Assembly (NCBI GenBank): GCA_031414595.1
Contig: JANNVX010000098.1
Location: 64,001-128,000, forward strand
Reading direction: 5' to 3'
Source: Deinococcales bacterium
GTDB taxonomy: Bacteria > Deinococcota > Deinococci > Deinococcales > JAAFIG01
Length of the DNA stretch: 64,000 nucleotides
The notes beneath the pieces were generated by a model, which had not been told where the DNA came from, did no database searches, and saw only the letters and a list, made by a program, of their open reading frames with translations. The position numbers and the translations under genes are program-made. This document shows, one piece after another, positions 47,769-58,661 of this stretch (position 1 is the first letter of the stretch; each line of letters begins with the position of its first letter).

Positions 47769-50150
47769 TTAGAGCCGAATCTCGAGCCGTTTCCAAGTGG
47801 CAGCCATTTCTAGGCTTAAAACCCCGTTTTCCAAATGATAATTTTTTGCCCCAGCCACACTTTGTAAATTGTCTATTTGATATAAAACAATGGTCTCGAT
47901 GGTGCGCTCTAAACTCAATAAACCAGTCACATGTTTCTCGAGAACCAAGACATTATTTAGAAGCTCCCCATCTAAAAAACTGTGCCGCGAAGCTCCGTAA
48001 CCGTCGCCAGCGTCTTCAAATAATTCGCCAAACATGGTCTCGGCAGGCAACAAATGCCAAGTTAAACTTGTCCAATTGGCGGTGGTGGTGTGCTTAGCTG
48101 CTTTCGTGACCGCCAAGGCTAGACCTTCACGTAAATAAAGCGGTATTTGCTCGAGTGGCGCATCTGAAATGGTGTAACCCGCTTCGAAAACTCTGCCTGC
48201 TTTCAAATCTGTAAACTCGAGCCAACGCCCTTTTGGAAGATAGGTCAGTTTTTTGCTGGTACTCGGTGTGACCACAGGCGAAACCAACAACCCATCGCCA
48301 AACATAAATTGGTGATTGGCTCGCAAACAGTCTGGGTCGCTTGGACTGAGCATGATTAACGGACGCATGACTGGTAAGCCGTTCTGACTGGCGGTGTGCA
48401 TCAAGGTGTACAGTGTTGGTAGTAGGCGATAACGCATCTCGAGGGCAGCCCGTGCCAGACTTAAAAACGGTTCGCCAAAACGCCACGGTTCTTGCATGGT
48501 TGTGCCTTTGGCGCTGTGGTTACGCATTAAAGGATAAAACGCGCCTAGCTGATACCAACGGGCTAATAATTCGCCGTTAGCATTGGCGGCAAAGCCCGGA
48601 ATATCTGCGCCCGTAAACGCCACGCCACTTAAACCCAGCCCAAGCAACATCGGGATACTAAACGCCAAATGTTCCCAATACGAAGAATTATCACCCGTCC
48701 AAACTGCGCTGTAGCGTTGAATCCCAGCAAAACCGGCTCGGGTTAGCACAAAACCACGTTTGCCATCGCCAAAACGCTCTAAGGCATCTCGAGTGGCGGC
48801 GCACATCGTCAGCCCGTAGACATTGTGTACCTCGAGATGTCGCCGTGTGCCGTGGCGGGCATTGTACGGTAGGGTTTTGCCTTCGACCCTGCCAATCCCG
48901 TCAGATAAACTGCCATCATCGGTAAAGTTACTGGTGCGTTGCAAAGAAAAGCTGCTTGGTTCGTTCATGTCATTCCAAAAACCCGCAATTCCCGTCTCGA
49001 GCATATCTTGGTGCAAATCCGCCCACCAGTTCTGAACTTCACTTCGAGTAAAATCTGGAAAGACAGCCGGCTTGGGCCAGACTTCACCAATTAAAGTTTC
49101 GCCGCGTTCAAAACGCACCAAGTAATCGCTTGCTAGTGCCTCTTCAAAAACTTTGTAACCTGCCTCGAGTTTAATCCCGGGGTCTATAATAGGCACGAGT
49201 TTAACGCCTTCAAGCGCAGCCTCCTGACACAGTTGTTTGGGATTTGGATAACGGCTTTTATCCCATGTAAAGACCTTAAATCCGTCTTGGTAATCAATGT
49301 CGGTACTGACCACATCAAGCGGTAAATTGTGGTGCTTGTAGGCTGCAATCACTGCCCGAACATCGTTTTCGTTTTCGTAACCCCAACGCGACTGCTGTGC
49401 GCCCAATGCCCAAAGCGGTGCGAGTGGTTGCCGCCCTGTCAGGGCTGTGTAACGCTCGAGAACAGTTTTTATGCTTGAACCAGCAATCAGATAACAATCG
49501 AGTTCTGCACCACTGCTCGACCAGATTAAGCGCTCAGGGTTTGATGATGCGACATCACATTCAGTGCGCCACGATTCATCTAAGAAAAAACCCCATGCCA
49601 GACCATCTCGTAAACCAATAAAAAACGGAATACTCTGATACATCGGGTCGGTGTCTGGATGGTGCGGCACAACATCGGTATTCCAAAAGGTCAGGTGCAT
49701 GCCGCGTTTATCCAGCCCGCCAACCTTTTCGCCAAAACCAAGGTAGGCTTCGCCGCTAGGCGCACGCAACTCGAGACTGCTCGAGAATGAATCATTGGGA
49801 AAAGCCTGAGTTGCACTGCCTCGAGCCTCAAAACCACGGCACAGCAACCTTGAATCGGCATCAAAGAACTTCCATTCACCACTTGGCATGTCCAACTCAA
49901 AATGCACCCCACCAGCCTCGAGTGACAAAATTCCATCCTCGAGCATTGTATCTATTGGCAGGCTACTTTTATGGATGACGGCGAACGAATCTTTATTGGG
50001 CAAATACGGAAAAACCAGACTCGAGACCCGAGCAACCGAGGCAAAACGCGCTCGAATTACGCCTTCTAGTGGGGCGGATAACTCGAGGGTGGCGTTGTGC
50101 GACCAGAGTCTAGCAAGATGTGCCGTAAAATCATGATTTGAAAAGGACAT
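47769..50150 (-). CDS. Glycoside hydrolase family 31 (alpha-glucosidase)
   Basis: GFWNDMNEPS, WTGDN, GADIPGF, RNHS. Confidence 0.92.
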   Translation of the reverse strand: MSFSNHDFTAHLARLWSHNATLELSAPLEGVIRARFASVARVSSLVFPYLPNKDSFAVIHKSSLPIDTMLEDGILSLEAGGVHFELDMPSGEWKFFDADSRLLCRGFEARGSATQAFPNDSFSSSLELRAPSGEAYLGFGEKVGGLDKRGMHLTFWNTDVVPHHPDTDPMYQSIPFFIGLRDGLAWGFFLDESWRTECDVASSNPERLIWSSSGAELDCYLIAGSSIKTVLERYTALTGRQPLAPLWALGAQQSRWGYENENDVRAVIAAYKHHNLPLDVVSTDIDYQDGFKVFTWDKSRYPNPKQLCQEAALEGVKLVPIIDPGIKLEAGYKVFEEALASDYLVRFERGETLIGEVWPKPAVFPDFTRSEVQNWWADLHQDMLETGIAGFWNDMNEPSSFSLQRTSNFTDDGSLSDGIGRVEGKTLPYNARHGTRRHLEVHNVYGLTMCAATRDALERFGDGKRGFVLTRAGFAGIQRYSAVWTGDNSSYWEHLAFSIPMLLGLGLSGVAFTGADIPGFAANANGELLARWYQLGAFYPLMRNHSAKGTTMQEPWRFGEPFLSLARAALEMRYRLLPTLYTLMHTASQNGLPVMRPLIMLSPSDPDCLRANHQFMFGDGLLVSPVVTPSTSKKLTYLPKGRWLEFTDLKAGRVFEAGYTISDAPLEQIPLYLREGLALAVTKAAKHTTTANWTSLTWHLLPAETMFGELFEDAGDGYGASRHSFLDGELLNNVLVLEKHVTGLLSLERTIETIVLYQIDNLQSVAGAKNYHLENGVLSLEMAATWKRLEIRL

Positions 50151-50212
50151 AAAGCAGTCTAACAAATTAGGACTTGGCAACCTTCCAATCGGCAGTATTT
50201 TTAGGCTTAAAA

Positions 50213-51469
50213 TCAAATACCATCTTGTGCAGATGTCGCTGCTCTCATAACACAACGATAATCATTGACATTTGTTCCGGTTGGACCAACTACTACCAAA
50301 TCACCTAATGCCGAAAAAAACGAATAAGCATCATTATTCTCGAGCATCGCCTCTGGGTTTAAGCCAAGTCGGGCGGCACGCTCGAGTGAATCTGGTGTAA
50401 GGATTGCTCCGGCTGCTTGGGTCACACCGTCAAGACCATCGGTATCACAGGCAATCGCATAAAGGTTTGGCGCACCTTGAAGCTCGAGTGCCAGAGCCAG
50501 CAGGAATTCGCAATTTCGCCCACCTCGTCCTGTGCCACGCACCGTCACCGTCGTTTCTCCACCAGACAAAAAAGCCGTGCCAGACTCGAGGGTACGGGCT
50601 TTTTTGGCATGTAATTGGGCAGCGATTCTGGCTTCGCCAGTGATTGCGTCAGACCAGATTTGGGTTTCTATCTTGTGTTCTTGCAACACATTTTTTGCGG
50701 CTTCTAAGGCAGTTAAATTGGTGACAATCAAATGATTTTGGACTCGAGATGGATGATTGGCTTTTGGCGTTTCGTAGTCGGTCTGTTCTAAATACCGAAG
50801 GGCGGCTGGAGAACTGATTTTGAAACGTTTCAGGACGTTGATGGCATCTTGGATGGTACTGGGGTCTGGTACAGTTGGACCACTGGCAATGGTGGAGAGG
50901 TCATCACCAACCACATCGGAGACAATCAGCGAAACCACCCTTGCAGGGGCAGCCGCCAGCGCTAAGCGTCCACCTTTAAGTTGCGAAAGGTGCTTACGGA
51001 CAATGTTCATCTCGCCAATCTCTGCGCCTGAATCGAGGAGTTGTTGGTTGATTCGCCGTTTTTCTTCTAAGGTCACACCATTTGGCGCAACCATTAAAGC
51101 CGAACCACCACCAGAAAGTAAAACAATCACCAAATCATCGCTCGAGAGATGGCTGACTGTTTTAAGGATTCGCTTTCCAGCTTGTTGGCTGGCTGCATCT
51201 GGCACAGGATGGCTTGCCTCGAGCAGCACAATTTGTCTGGGTTGGACAATCGCGTGACCATAACGGGTCACGACCACACCACTTAAATCAGTTTCCCAAG
51301 ACTCCTCGAGTGCCTTTGCCATACTTGCGGCAGCTTTACCGCCACCAACCACGATGGTTCGACCTTTGGGGACAAGAATGGTTTGGGCTGCGTCACGCAC
51401 AGCTTGGTCTGGCAAAGCCGCCTTGACTGCCACCGCAAAGGAACTGAGTAATTGGTCTCGAGGGGTCAT
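50213..51469 (-). CDS. Glycerate 2-kinase (TtuD/MOFRL family)
   Basis: GGGKAA, ASHPVPD, LSGGGSAL, GGETTV, GRGGRN, TGTNVND. Confidence 0.9.
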   Translation of the reverse strand: MTPRDQLLSSFAVAVKAALPDQAVRDAAQTILVPKGRTIVVGGGKAAASMAKALEESWETDLSGVVVTRYGHAIVQPRQIVLLEASHPVPDAASQQAGKRILKTVSHLSSDDLVIVLLSGGGSALMVAPNGVTLEEKRRINQQLLDSGAEIGEMNIVRKHLSQLKGGRLALAAAPARVVSLIVSDVVGDDLSTIASGPTVPDPSTIQDAINVLKRFKISSPAALRYLEQTDYETPKANHPSRVQNHLIVTNLTALEAAKNVLQEHKIETQIWSDAITGEARIAAQLHAKKARTLESGTAFLSGGETTVTVRGTGRGGRNCEFLLALALELQGAPNLYAIACDTDGLDGVTQAAGAILTPDSLERAARLGLNPEAMLENNDAYSFFSALGDLVVVGPTGTNVNDYRCVMRAATSAQDGI

Positions 51470-51542
51470 GCCATCACCCATTATGCCACGCCCTAGGTAC
51501 TGGCTCGAGCCAATCGTCAATTTCAAAACGGACTTATTTTAA

Positions 51543-52361
51543 TTATGGTGCAATAGCAATTCCTGTAATCATTAAGCCGCCCACCAAGCGAATTAGTTTG
51601 GCTTTGCCTGTTTTTAAGTCAATCGTGTATAACTTTGAGCTTCCATTAACCGTTAAGGTCGCATACGCTGTGCCATCACTTGCACCGCTAATGTCAAATC
51701 CAACCGCTTGGCTGGTATCCACACCAAGTTTTCCCACCACGGTCAGTTTGCCTTCGTTGGGTGGCGCTACCGTCACAAGCACATCACGACTCGAGTCTAT
51801 GGCGTACAGCACGGTACTGGTGGCGGTGGCGGTGCTGTTGGTGTAGGCAGTGCCGGCAATCATTGGGGCTGTTCCGCCATCGGTGTAGTTCAGGTTTAAG
51901 TCTGGTTGAGTCCCTGCGGTGTTGGGGTCAAAATCCACCATTGCGCCTGTTTCTTGGTTGAATCTGGCATTAAAGCCAGTATTGCCATGAATCCGAATAC
52001 GGTTGACCGTCGGGTTAAAATCCATGCCAAAAGCTGCTCCGACCAGACTTGGGCTAAAGGCATTCGCGCCAATCGCACTGGCTTTGGCGGTGCTAGGGTC
52101 TATGGTGTAAATGCGGTTTTGGCTGCTGATGCCGTAGAGCTTCCCGTCCCTTGGTCCAAAGTCAATGCCAATCATTGTTTCGCCGATGTTTAAGCCACCA
52201 AAGGCTTTGGTGCGGCTGCTCGAGGTGGCAATGTCTATGGTGGCAAGACGATTATCTTGGGTTGTGGCGTACAAGGTGCGTTTGGTTTGTCCTGATGCAC
52301 TACCAGCAATCAGTGCGACAAAAACAGCGATTCCTAAGCCAATTTTAAGTTGTGTTTTCAT
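51543..52361 (-). CDS. Secreted DUF4394-like protein
   Basis: Signal peptide; GIDF.P..GKLYG, DFNPTVNRIR, AYTNS. Confidence 0.75.
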   Translation of the reverse strand: MKTQLKIGLGIAVFVALIAGSASGQTKRTLYATTQDNRLATIDIATSSSRTKAFGGLNIGETMIGIDFGPRDGKLYGISSQNRIYTIDPSTAKASAIGANAFSPSLVGAAFGMDFNPTVNRIRIHGNTGFNARFNQETGAMVDFDPNTAGTQPDLNLNYTDGGTAPMIAGTAYTNSTATATSTVLYAIDSSRDVLVTVAPPNEGKLTVVGKLGVDTSQAVGFDISGASDGTAYATLTVNGSSKLYTIDLKTGKAKLIRLVGGLMITGIAIAP

Positions 52362-52461
52362 GATTCTCCTTGTGGGGTTTGAAGAACTTACCCTTATTTA
52401 GATTTACGAAGCGAACAGCCCTTTTGGATGTCAGACCTAAACCTTGGGTTAGAATGGAGAC

Positions 52462-53076
52462 ATGAAAGACACGCCTTGGTGGATGTACGTTTTAGTAATT
52501 GCAATTGGTGTCGGTGCTGGACTGCTTTTACGCCCTTTGATTCAAAATAGTAATTTGCTTGGTCCCAGTACCCCCAAAGCCGATGTGCGTTGTGCAGGTC
52601 CTGAGGGTAGCGAACTGGCTTTGTCCGAAACACTGTCCTCGAGTTTTGCTGGGCAAACCCAAACTGTGAGCCGTTCGTACTTACTCGAGCGTCCCGGGCA
52701 AGTGCCTTTGGCTTTTGATGGCGGTTCAGATTCGGAAGCTGCACCAATTTCGTGCAGTGCTGTGGCGTTTGGTCCTGGCGCAAGAATTTCTTTTGCCAGA
52801 GCTTTAGAAGTTCAGATCGTAGAATTCCTTGGTCCGAGTGTCAAACGCTACGCTCTGTCCAACGACAAGGTATTCTCGAGTTTTGCGTTAGAACCAAAAT
52901 TTAAGTTAGGGCTAAAACTGATTGATTACACGCCGCGAGGTGTGCCGAACATCGAAGAAGCTGGCAAACGCGGACGGCTCGAGTTACGGCGCGTTAAATC
53001 AGACCCGAATTTCCCCACCTCTTTGGTCTTTACGACACAAAATGGTGGCTCGAGTTGGGTTTTTCAAAAGCAGTAA
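52462..53076 (+). CDS. Hypothetical membrane-anchored protein
   Basis: N-terminal TM helix, GGAG RBS. Confidence 0.6.
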   Translation: MKDTPWWMYVLVIAIGVGAGLLLRPLIQNSNLLGPSTPKADVRCAGPEGSELALSETLSSSFAGQTQTVSRSYLLERPGQVPLAFDGGSDSEAAPISCSAVAFGPGARISFARALEVQIVEFLGPSVKRYALSNDKVFSSFALEPKFKLGLKLIDYTPRGVPNIEEAGKRGRLELRRVKSDPNFPTSLVFTTQNGGSSWVFQKQ

Positions 53077-53158
53077 TTGTATTGTCTAGGATGAATAGAA
53101 TGACCTTGTTGCGGTGCTGTCACGGTTTTCTTGTACACTGGCTTTGTAAAGGAGCAAC

Positions 53159-54928
53159 ATGAAACAATTTTGGGGAGCTTTATTGTTGGCTGGGTCGGTT
53201 CTGGGTGGGTTTGAAGCCAAAGCCCAAAATCCGTACCCACCGTCTGGGTTTATACGGATCGGTTCTCAAGTCAGTCTCGAGTTACGGCAAAGTTGGACAA
53301 GTACCGTTTCAGGTAAAGATGTAGATGGTGATTGGACAGGCGATGTTCGAGGGGCGAACGGCACTGTTGGTAAGTTTTTTGCCTTGGCATTGAATGGCGG
53401 TGCGTTTCGTTTTCAAGTGGCTTATTCGGGTGCAAGTGAATTCTGTGATTTAACTGGCACAAACAGTGTTATTAACTCGAGTGCTAACAGTGTTACTTAT
53501 TCAGGTAATCGAGCTTTCAAACAAGGCGCTGGTGTAATTACTTCGGATAATACGACGTGCCGAGTGGTTGTTAGTAATGCCGCAAGCCCAGTTATTCAAC
53601 AACCTGTGCAGCCAGTACAACCGATTCAACCACCTACACTACCCAGCACCCAAGCTCAGCTTCCAGCCCTGACTTTCCCGCCACGTCTCGAGGTTGGGCA
53701 GCGCTGGGAAATTAGACTTGGAAACCGTGCCATTGTCTACCGTGGGGTCTTAAATAGCCTAGATTCGGCTCGCAATGTGTACATCGGCACACTGACCACG
53801 GATGGCATTGGCGACCCTATAGCACAACGTAAATTCGAGGTTTTCTTTGCCCAGAATACTTTAGCGATGTATGCCACCGACCCGCAAGGTGGGACGACGG
53901 TGTGCAGTTTTGCTGGGGCTGGAACGCTACAAAATAATGTTTTAACTGGAACAGTTTTTTTTAAGACCGCAACCGAGACGCAATTTCGCTCCCTGACGGC
54001 TGTTCAGGACGCGCCTTGTAAAGCCAATCTCGAGCCAGTCCAACAAGCGGTTCAACCTGTTTCGCCCATACAACCTGTACAGCCTGTACAGCCCGTCCAG
54101 CCACCTGCACAGAACCTCACGCCCTCATTGCCTGCTCGAGTTGGCGATACTTGGCGCATTGTCGCCAATGGCAACCTTGGGCTTGACCCTTGGGTGCTTA
54201 CATTTAGCCGTACAGATACCGACGGTACTTTGGTTGGTACTGCCAGCCAAGGCAATGGGCGAGGTGAAGCCAATGGTCTGAAAACCACAGATGGTGGTTA
54301 CGCTTTTGTGATGGAAGTCAATAACCGCGTGATTGCCTGTTTGACTGTTGCTAATACACCCGTGGTGAATGGTGGATTTTTGGGTCAACTGGTTGAAATC
54401 GCACAAAATCAAGCCAAGAGCCTGAATACTTCTTGTACCCTGACCCTGACATCTCGAGGCGGAACAACTTCCACCGTTGTCACCCCACCTGTACAGAGTC
54501 TAGCTGCCGCTTTTCCGCCCAAAGTTGGGCAAACTTGGACAATCACCATCGAAGGGCTGTCCCCGTGGGTTGTTCTTTTTCAAGACCTGAATAAGGACAA
54601 CGAACTGAGTGGTACAGGGCTGCAAAATGGTCTGGCACGACGGGTTCTGGCTTATCTCAATAATGGCTTGAAAATCTTTGCGATGGCTGGCGAAAACGAT
54701 GTGATTTATTACTGTGCTTTTGCCGCCAATATCCAAGCTGTCGGAGCAACCTTAAGCGGTGGAGTGGCGTACCAAGAACCAAAAGGCGCTCAGCAACCAA
54801 CGGCGATGAACCGCTCTTGCAGCGCAACCTTAACGGCTCAGCAATTGCTTTTAGGTGCTGGGCAACAGCTTGAAACTCGAGGTGCTAGTTGGCTGCCAAG
54901 TTTCTTAAAATTATCGCCTCTTTTCTAA
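53159..54928 (+). CDS. Secreted protein with four repeated beta-rich domains and QPV linkers
   Basis: Signal peptide; repeats begin P...VGQ/D.W.I; (Q/P)PV tandem linkers. Confidence 0.7.
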   Translation: MKQFWGALLLAGSVLGGFEAKAQNPYPPSGFIRIGSQVSLELRQSWTSTVSGKDVDGDWTGDVRGANGTVGKFFALALNGGAFRFQVAYSGASEFCDLTGTNSVINSSANSVTYSGNRAFKQGAGVITSDNTTCRVVVSNAASPVIQQPVQPVQPIQPPTLPSTQAQLPALTFPPRLEVGQRWEIRLGNRAIVYRGVLNSLDSARNVYIGTLTTDGIGDPIAQRKFEVFFAQNTLAMYATDPQGGTTVCSFAGAGTLQNNVLTGTVFFKTATETQFRSLTAVQDAPCKANLEPVQQAVQPVSPIQPVQPVQPVQPPAQNLTPSLPARVGDTWRIVANGNLGLDPWVLTFSRTDTDGTLVGTASQGNGRGEANGLKTTDGGYAFVMEVNNRVIACLTVANTPVVNGGFLGQLVEIAQNQAKSLNTSCTLTLTSRGGTTSTVVTPPVQSLAAAFPPKVGQTWTITIEGLSPWVVLFQDLNKDNELSGTGLQNGLARRVLAYLNNGLKIFAMAGENDVIYYCAFAANIQAVGATLSGGVAYQEPKGAQQPTAMNRSCSATLTAQQLLLGAGQQLETRGASWLPSFLKLSPLF

Positions 54929-55035
54929 ATTAGCGCTTTAAGTTACAATACGCCGTTTTGCAAGTCTCGAGCGCCCAAACACTGGGCGCTCATTTGCGAC
55001 CCAATGCTCGGGCGCTTATTGCAACAAGGAGAACT

Positions 55036-55599
55036 ATGATTAGTGTCACAGATTTAAGAAGCAACACCAAAGTTGAAATGGAAAATGGCTTATGGGAAAC
55101 CATTGATTATATGCACCAAAAAATTGGTCGCGGCGGCGCAAAAGTCGTGGCAAAATTTCGCAATCTCGAGACCGGCAGTATTGTAGACCGCACCTTTAGT
55201 GCCACCGAAAAACTCCAAGATATTTTTATTGAAGGTCGCACCATGCAGTTTTTATACAAAGACGGCGAAGATTTTGTGTTTATGGACATGGAAACATTTG
55301 ACCAACAAACCCTGCCAATGATTCTGGCAGGTGATTCGGCACGTTTCTTAAAGGAAAACACCGAAGTCGAAGTTCAGTTCTACAAAGAAAAACCCCTTAA
55401 AATTAGCTTGCCAAACATGATTGTGCTAAAAATCATTGAAGCCACGCCGGGCTTAAAAGGCGACACTGCCAGTGGTGGTGGCACAAAAGCCGCCAAGCTC
55501 GAGACGGGAACGACCATTCAAGTACCACTCTTTATTGAACAAGATGAATCGGTGCGCGTAGACACCCGCACTGGTGAATACCTTGGGCGCTCGAATTAA
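55036..55599 (+). CDS. efp: Elongation factor P
   Basis: HQKIGRGGA, FMDMETFDQ, PGLKGDTA, VPLFI, VDTRTGEY. Confidence 0.96.
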   Translation: MISVTDLRSNTKVEMENGLWETIDYMHQKIGRGGAKVVAKFRNLETGSIVDRTFSATEKLQDIFIEGRTMQFLYKDGEDFVFMDMETFDQQTLPMILAGDSARFLKENTEVEVQFYKEKPLKISLPNMIVLKIIEATPGLKGDTASGGGTKAAKLETGTTIQVPLFIEQDESVRVDTRTGEYLGRSN

Positions 55600-55674
55600 A
55601 GTTAAAAGCCGAAAGGTAGGCATCAAGCCAAAAGAAAAAGCCTCCCAGTACGCATAAAATTACAATTAGTCAGC

Positions 55675-55954
55675 CCCTCTCCCGACTCGCTTAGGCTCGC
55701 CACCTGTTGGAATGCCTGTAATTCTCTTCCTGCATTTCCACGAGCTTCGCTCGAACTGTTGTAGTCCCAAATCGCTTCGCTGGGGGAGGGTCTAGGGTAT
55801 AGGTTTTGACTTTATTTGTCCTTAAAAAATTTCTCTGGAACAATGTTTTTTGGTTTTCTAGGATAAAAAACCAAAGCAAAAAGCACCCTGAACAACCCTC
55901 TCCCGCGCTTTTTGGCGGGACGAGGGTAACGAGCCTAAGCGAGTTGGGTGAGGG
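55675..55954. repeat. Non-coding element with ~25-bp terminal inverted repeats (MITE/REP-like)
   Basis: CCCTCTCCCGACTCGCTTAGGCTCG ... CGAGCCTAAGCGAGTTGGGTGAGGG (2 mismatches). Confidence 0.65.
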
Positions 55955-56072
55955 TTGGGGCGCGGTATGGGCTACTCCATTTTGAGCAATGGGTTTTTGT
56001 TGTTCTGAACTATAAACTTCCTTGAATTGATGCCTATGGGACATCCTTTTAACCTTTTTCCCCTTTGACCTT

Positions 56073-58661
56073 TTAACCTGTATTCCTTAGTCCTGCGGCA
56101 ATACCTTGGATACTCAGCAACAAAGCTCGCTCGAGTGTGGCGCGTTCGGCATTTTCGGGCGGCATCGAACGGTAACGCGCTAATAGTTCGACTTGTACCA
56201 TATGAATTGGGTCTACATAGGGATTGCGGACTTCGATACTGCGTTTTAAGCGTGGTTCGGACTCGAGAAGTTCTGTACCAATTGCATTTTTAACGTGCTG
56301 AACAGCTTTGGCGTATTCCTCGAGAATAGCATCTTTAAGGTTTGTGTGTTCAGAAAGCGCCGCGTATTGCTTAAAGATACCCATGTCGGACTTGGCAAGG
56401 CTCATTTGGGCATTGTCCAGTAAACTGCGAAAAAATGCCCATTCTCGGTAAAGTTTGGCACTCAGTCCAGATTGCTGTTGCTCGAGGGCTGCCAGACCCG
56501 TCCCTAAGCCGTACCATCCAGGGACAGTGGCTCGGTTTTGCGTCCAACTCATCACCCACGGGATAGCCCGCAGGTTATCAAGCGTTGGTTTACCGGGGCG
56601 GCGTACTGGACGGCTGGCAATTCGCAGACTGGCGATTTCGTTAATCGGTGTGGCAGCCTCAAAGAACTCGAGAAAATCTGGGTCAAAAACCAAGGCTTGG
56701 TAGGCTTGGCTCGAGGCTGTAGCGGCAGTATTGAGGGCTTCACGCCACTCGAGCGGTACAGCTTGGGGTGATTGGGCAGCCGCCACGATAATGGCATAGA
56801 GCAACTGCTCGAGGTTGCGTTTTGCCAGTTCTGGGCTGGCGTAACGGTCGGCAAGGGCTTCGCCTTGTTCGGTCAGGCGCAGTCCCGCCCCGATTGTGCC
56901 GGGCGGTTGTGCCATGATACCGCGTGCCGCAGGTCCGCCGCCGCGTCCGATGCTTGTGCCGCGACCATGAAAAAAACGGTAGGGTACACCCGCTTTGGCT
57001 AGAATTTCGGACAAGCGTTCTTGGGCTTGGTACAACGCCCAGTTCGCAGCTAAGAAACCAGCTTCTTTGTTGCTATCCGAGTAACCAAGCATCACTTCTT
57101 GCACCCTTGAGCCGAGATGAGTGCGGTACACTGGGCTGTCCAATAAGGCTTGCATCACACTTGGACAATTTTCTAAGTCATGCGGCGTTTCAAAAAGCGG
57201 CGAAACATCAAGGGCGCTAAAACCAGCTTCACGCCCAAGAATCAGCGCCTCGAGAACATCCGAAGCCGTTTCGCCGTGCGAAATCACATAGCGTCCAAAG
57301 GCTTGCGGGTTGGTTTGCAAGTGCTTGAACATCACTTGTAATGGCTCGAGAACGGCACGTAATTCTTCGGTGATGTTTGCACCAATAGGCAAGAGTGGGC
57401 GGCGTGTCTCGAGTTCGTGTTCGAGCAGCGCCATACGTTCTGGTTCGCTTAAGTTGGCGTAATTCGAGCTAACCCCACCAAGGGTTAGGAGTTCTGCCAC
57501 CGCCATCTCGAGTTTGCCAGAAAATTCCCTTATATCCAAAGCCACCAAATGTGTACCGAACATCCTAGCGCGTACAAGCACAGGTTCAACAAAAACCCGT
57601 GCCGCCCGTTCTTGCCCTGCGGCAACCAAGGAATCCCTGACCCGCTCCAATATCGGCACAGCATCCACCGATTCAGTTTTTAAGCGTAAATGCAGCGCCT
57701 CGAGTTCTGCCCGCCACGGTTCTGGGGCAGTTGAATCCAAATGGACATGAACACGTTCACGGTGCTGCGAAAGCACTGCAAAAAGCTGTTTAACATCTTC
57801 ACGCAGACGCTCACGGGCTTGGGTCTGATGATAACTCAGGGTTTCGGCAGTCACTTCGGGGGTCACAAACGGATTGCCGTCGCGGTCTCCACCAATCCAC
57901 GAATAGAACTTAAGCGGTAAATTTACTTCTGGTGTACCATCGCCAAATTCAAGGCGCATTGCCTCGAGTAAATCGGCTTGCAAGGCTGGCAGCGACTGGG
58001 CAATAAAGTTGAGGTAATGCAAACCATTAACCACTTCGTCGTGAACAGTTGGATTACGTGCCTGAAGTTCTAAAGTCCCCCACAAGACTTCAACTCGAGC
58101 CGTGATTTGCTCCAAGGCGGTCTGGCGTTCGGAATCGGACTCGAGAAAGGTCATTTCGTGCGAAATATGTTCTAAGTGCGCCCGAACAGTGCGCCGCCGC
58201 AACTCGGTTGGATGCGCCGTAAAAGTGCTGCCCAACTCGACTCGAGCCAGTAAATCGGCGACCGTTTGGGCTGTAAAACCCAATTGTTTGAGTTGCCGAA
58301 TGGCATCGTGCAAGCTCTGTTTACGCGGTTCTAAATTGGAAGCTCGGGTATCACGCCAACGCACCCGGTGACGTTCTTCTGCCAAATTAGTCAAATGAAA
58401 ATACTGAGTAAAAGCCCGAATCAGGGCTTCGGCATTCTGTACCCCAAGTTTTTTAGCAATCGCTTCGAGTTCGCTTGGGGCGCTGGTGTCGCCGCTTCTG
58501 GCTCGTTTGGTCAGTTCCCGCACCTCTTCTTCGAGGTCAAAAAATTCTTGTCCTTCTTGTTCGATTAAAACAGCACCTAAGCAGCGCCCAAGTAAATCCA
58601 CATCCCTTGAGAGTGAATCGCGTGGAGCGCCGATTGACGCAAATAATTCGGCTGATGTCAT
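56073..58661 (-). CDS. ppc: Phosphoenolpyruvate carboxylase
   Basis: FTAHPTE, SWIGGDRDGNP, VMLGYSDSNK, FHGRGTSIGRGG, LRAIPW, RNTG C-terminus. Confidence 0.96.
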   Translation of the reverse strand: MTSAELFASIGAPRDSLSRDVDLLGRCLGAVLIEQEGQEFFDLEEEVRELTKRARSGDTSAPSELEAIAKKLGVQNAEALIRAFTQYFHLTNLAEERHRVRWRDTRASNLEPRKQSLHDAIRQLKQLGFTAQTVADLLARVELGSTFTAHPTELRRRTVRAHLEHISHEMTFLESDSERQTALEQITARVEVLWGTLELQARNPTVHDEVVNGLHYLNFIAQSLPALQADLLEAMRLEFGDGTPEVNLPLKFYSWIGGDRDGNPFVTPEVTAETLSYHQTQARERLREDVKQLFAVLSQHRERVHVHLDSTAPEPWRAELEALHLRLKTESVDAVPILERVRDSLVAAGQERAARVFVEPVLVRARMFGTHLVALDIREFSGKLEMAVAELLTLGGVSSNYANLSEPERMALLEHELETRRPLLPIGANITEELRAVLEPLQVMFKHLQTNPQAFGRYVISHGETASDVLEALILGREAGFSALDVSPLFETPHDLENCPSVMQALLDSPVYRTHLGSRVQEVMLGYSDSNKEAGFLAANWALYQAQERLSEILAKAGVPYRFFHGRGTSIGRGGGPAARGIMAQPPGTIGAGLRLTEQGEALADRYASPELAKRNLEQLLYAIIVAAAQSPQAVPLEWREALNTAATASSQAYQALVFDPDFLEFFEAATPINEIASLRIASRPVRRPGKPTLDNLRAIPWVMSWTQNRATVPGWYGLGTGLAALEQQQSGLSAKLYREWAFFRSLLDNAQMSLAKSDMGIFKQYAALSEHTNLKDAILEEYAKAVQHVKNAIGTELLESEPRLKRSIEVRNPYVDPIHMVQVELLARYRSMPPENAERATLERALLLSIQGIAAGLRNTG

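Noticed and set aside
55036-55599. EF-P with Arg (KIGRGG) at the modified-lysine position as a novelty
   Set aside because: An Arg at this loop is already known for Thermus/Deinococcus-type EF-P
55691-56044. 117-aa ORF across the inverted-repeat element
   Set aside because: Low-complexity translation of palindromic repeat DNA with no protein-like features
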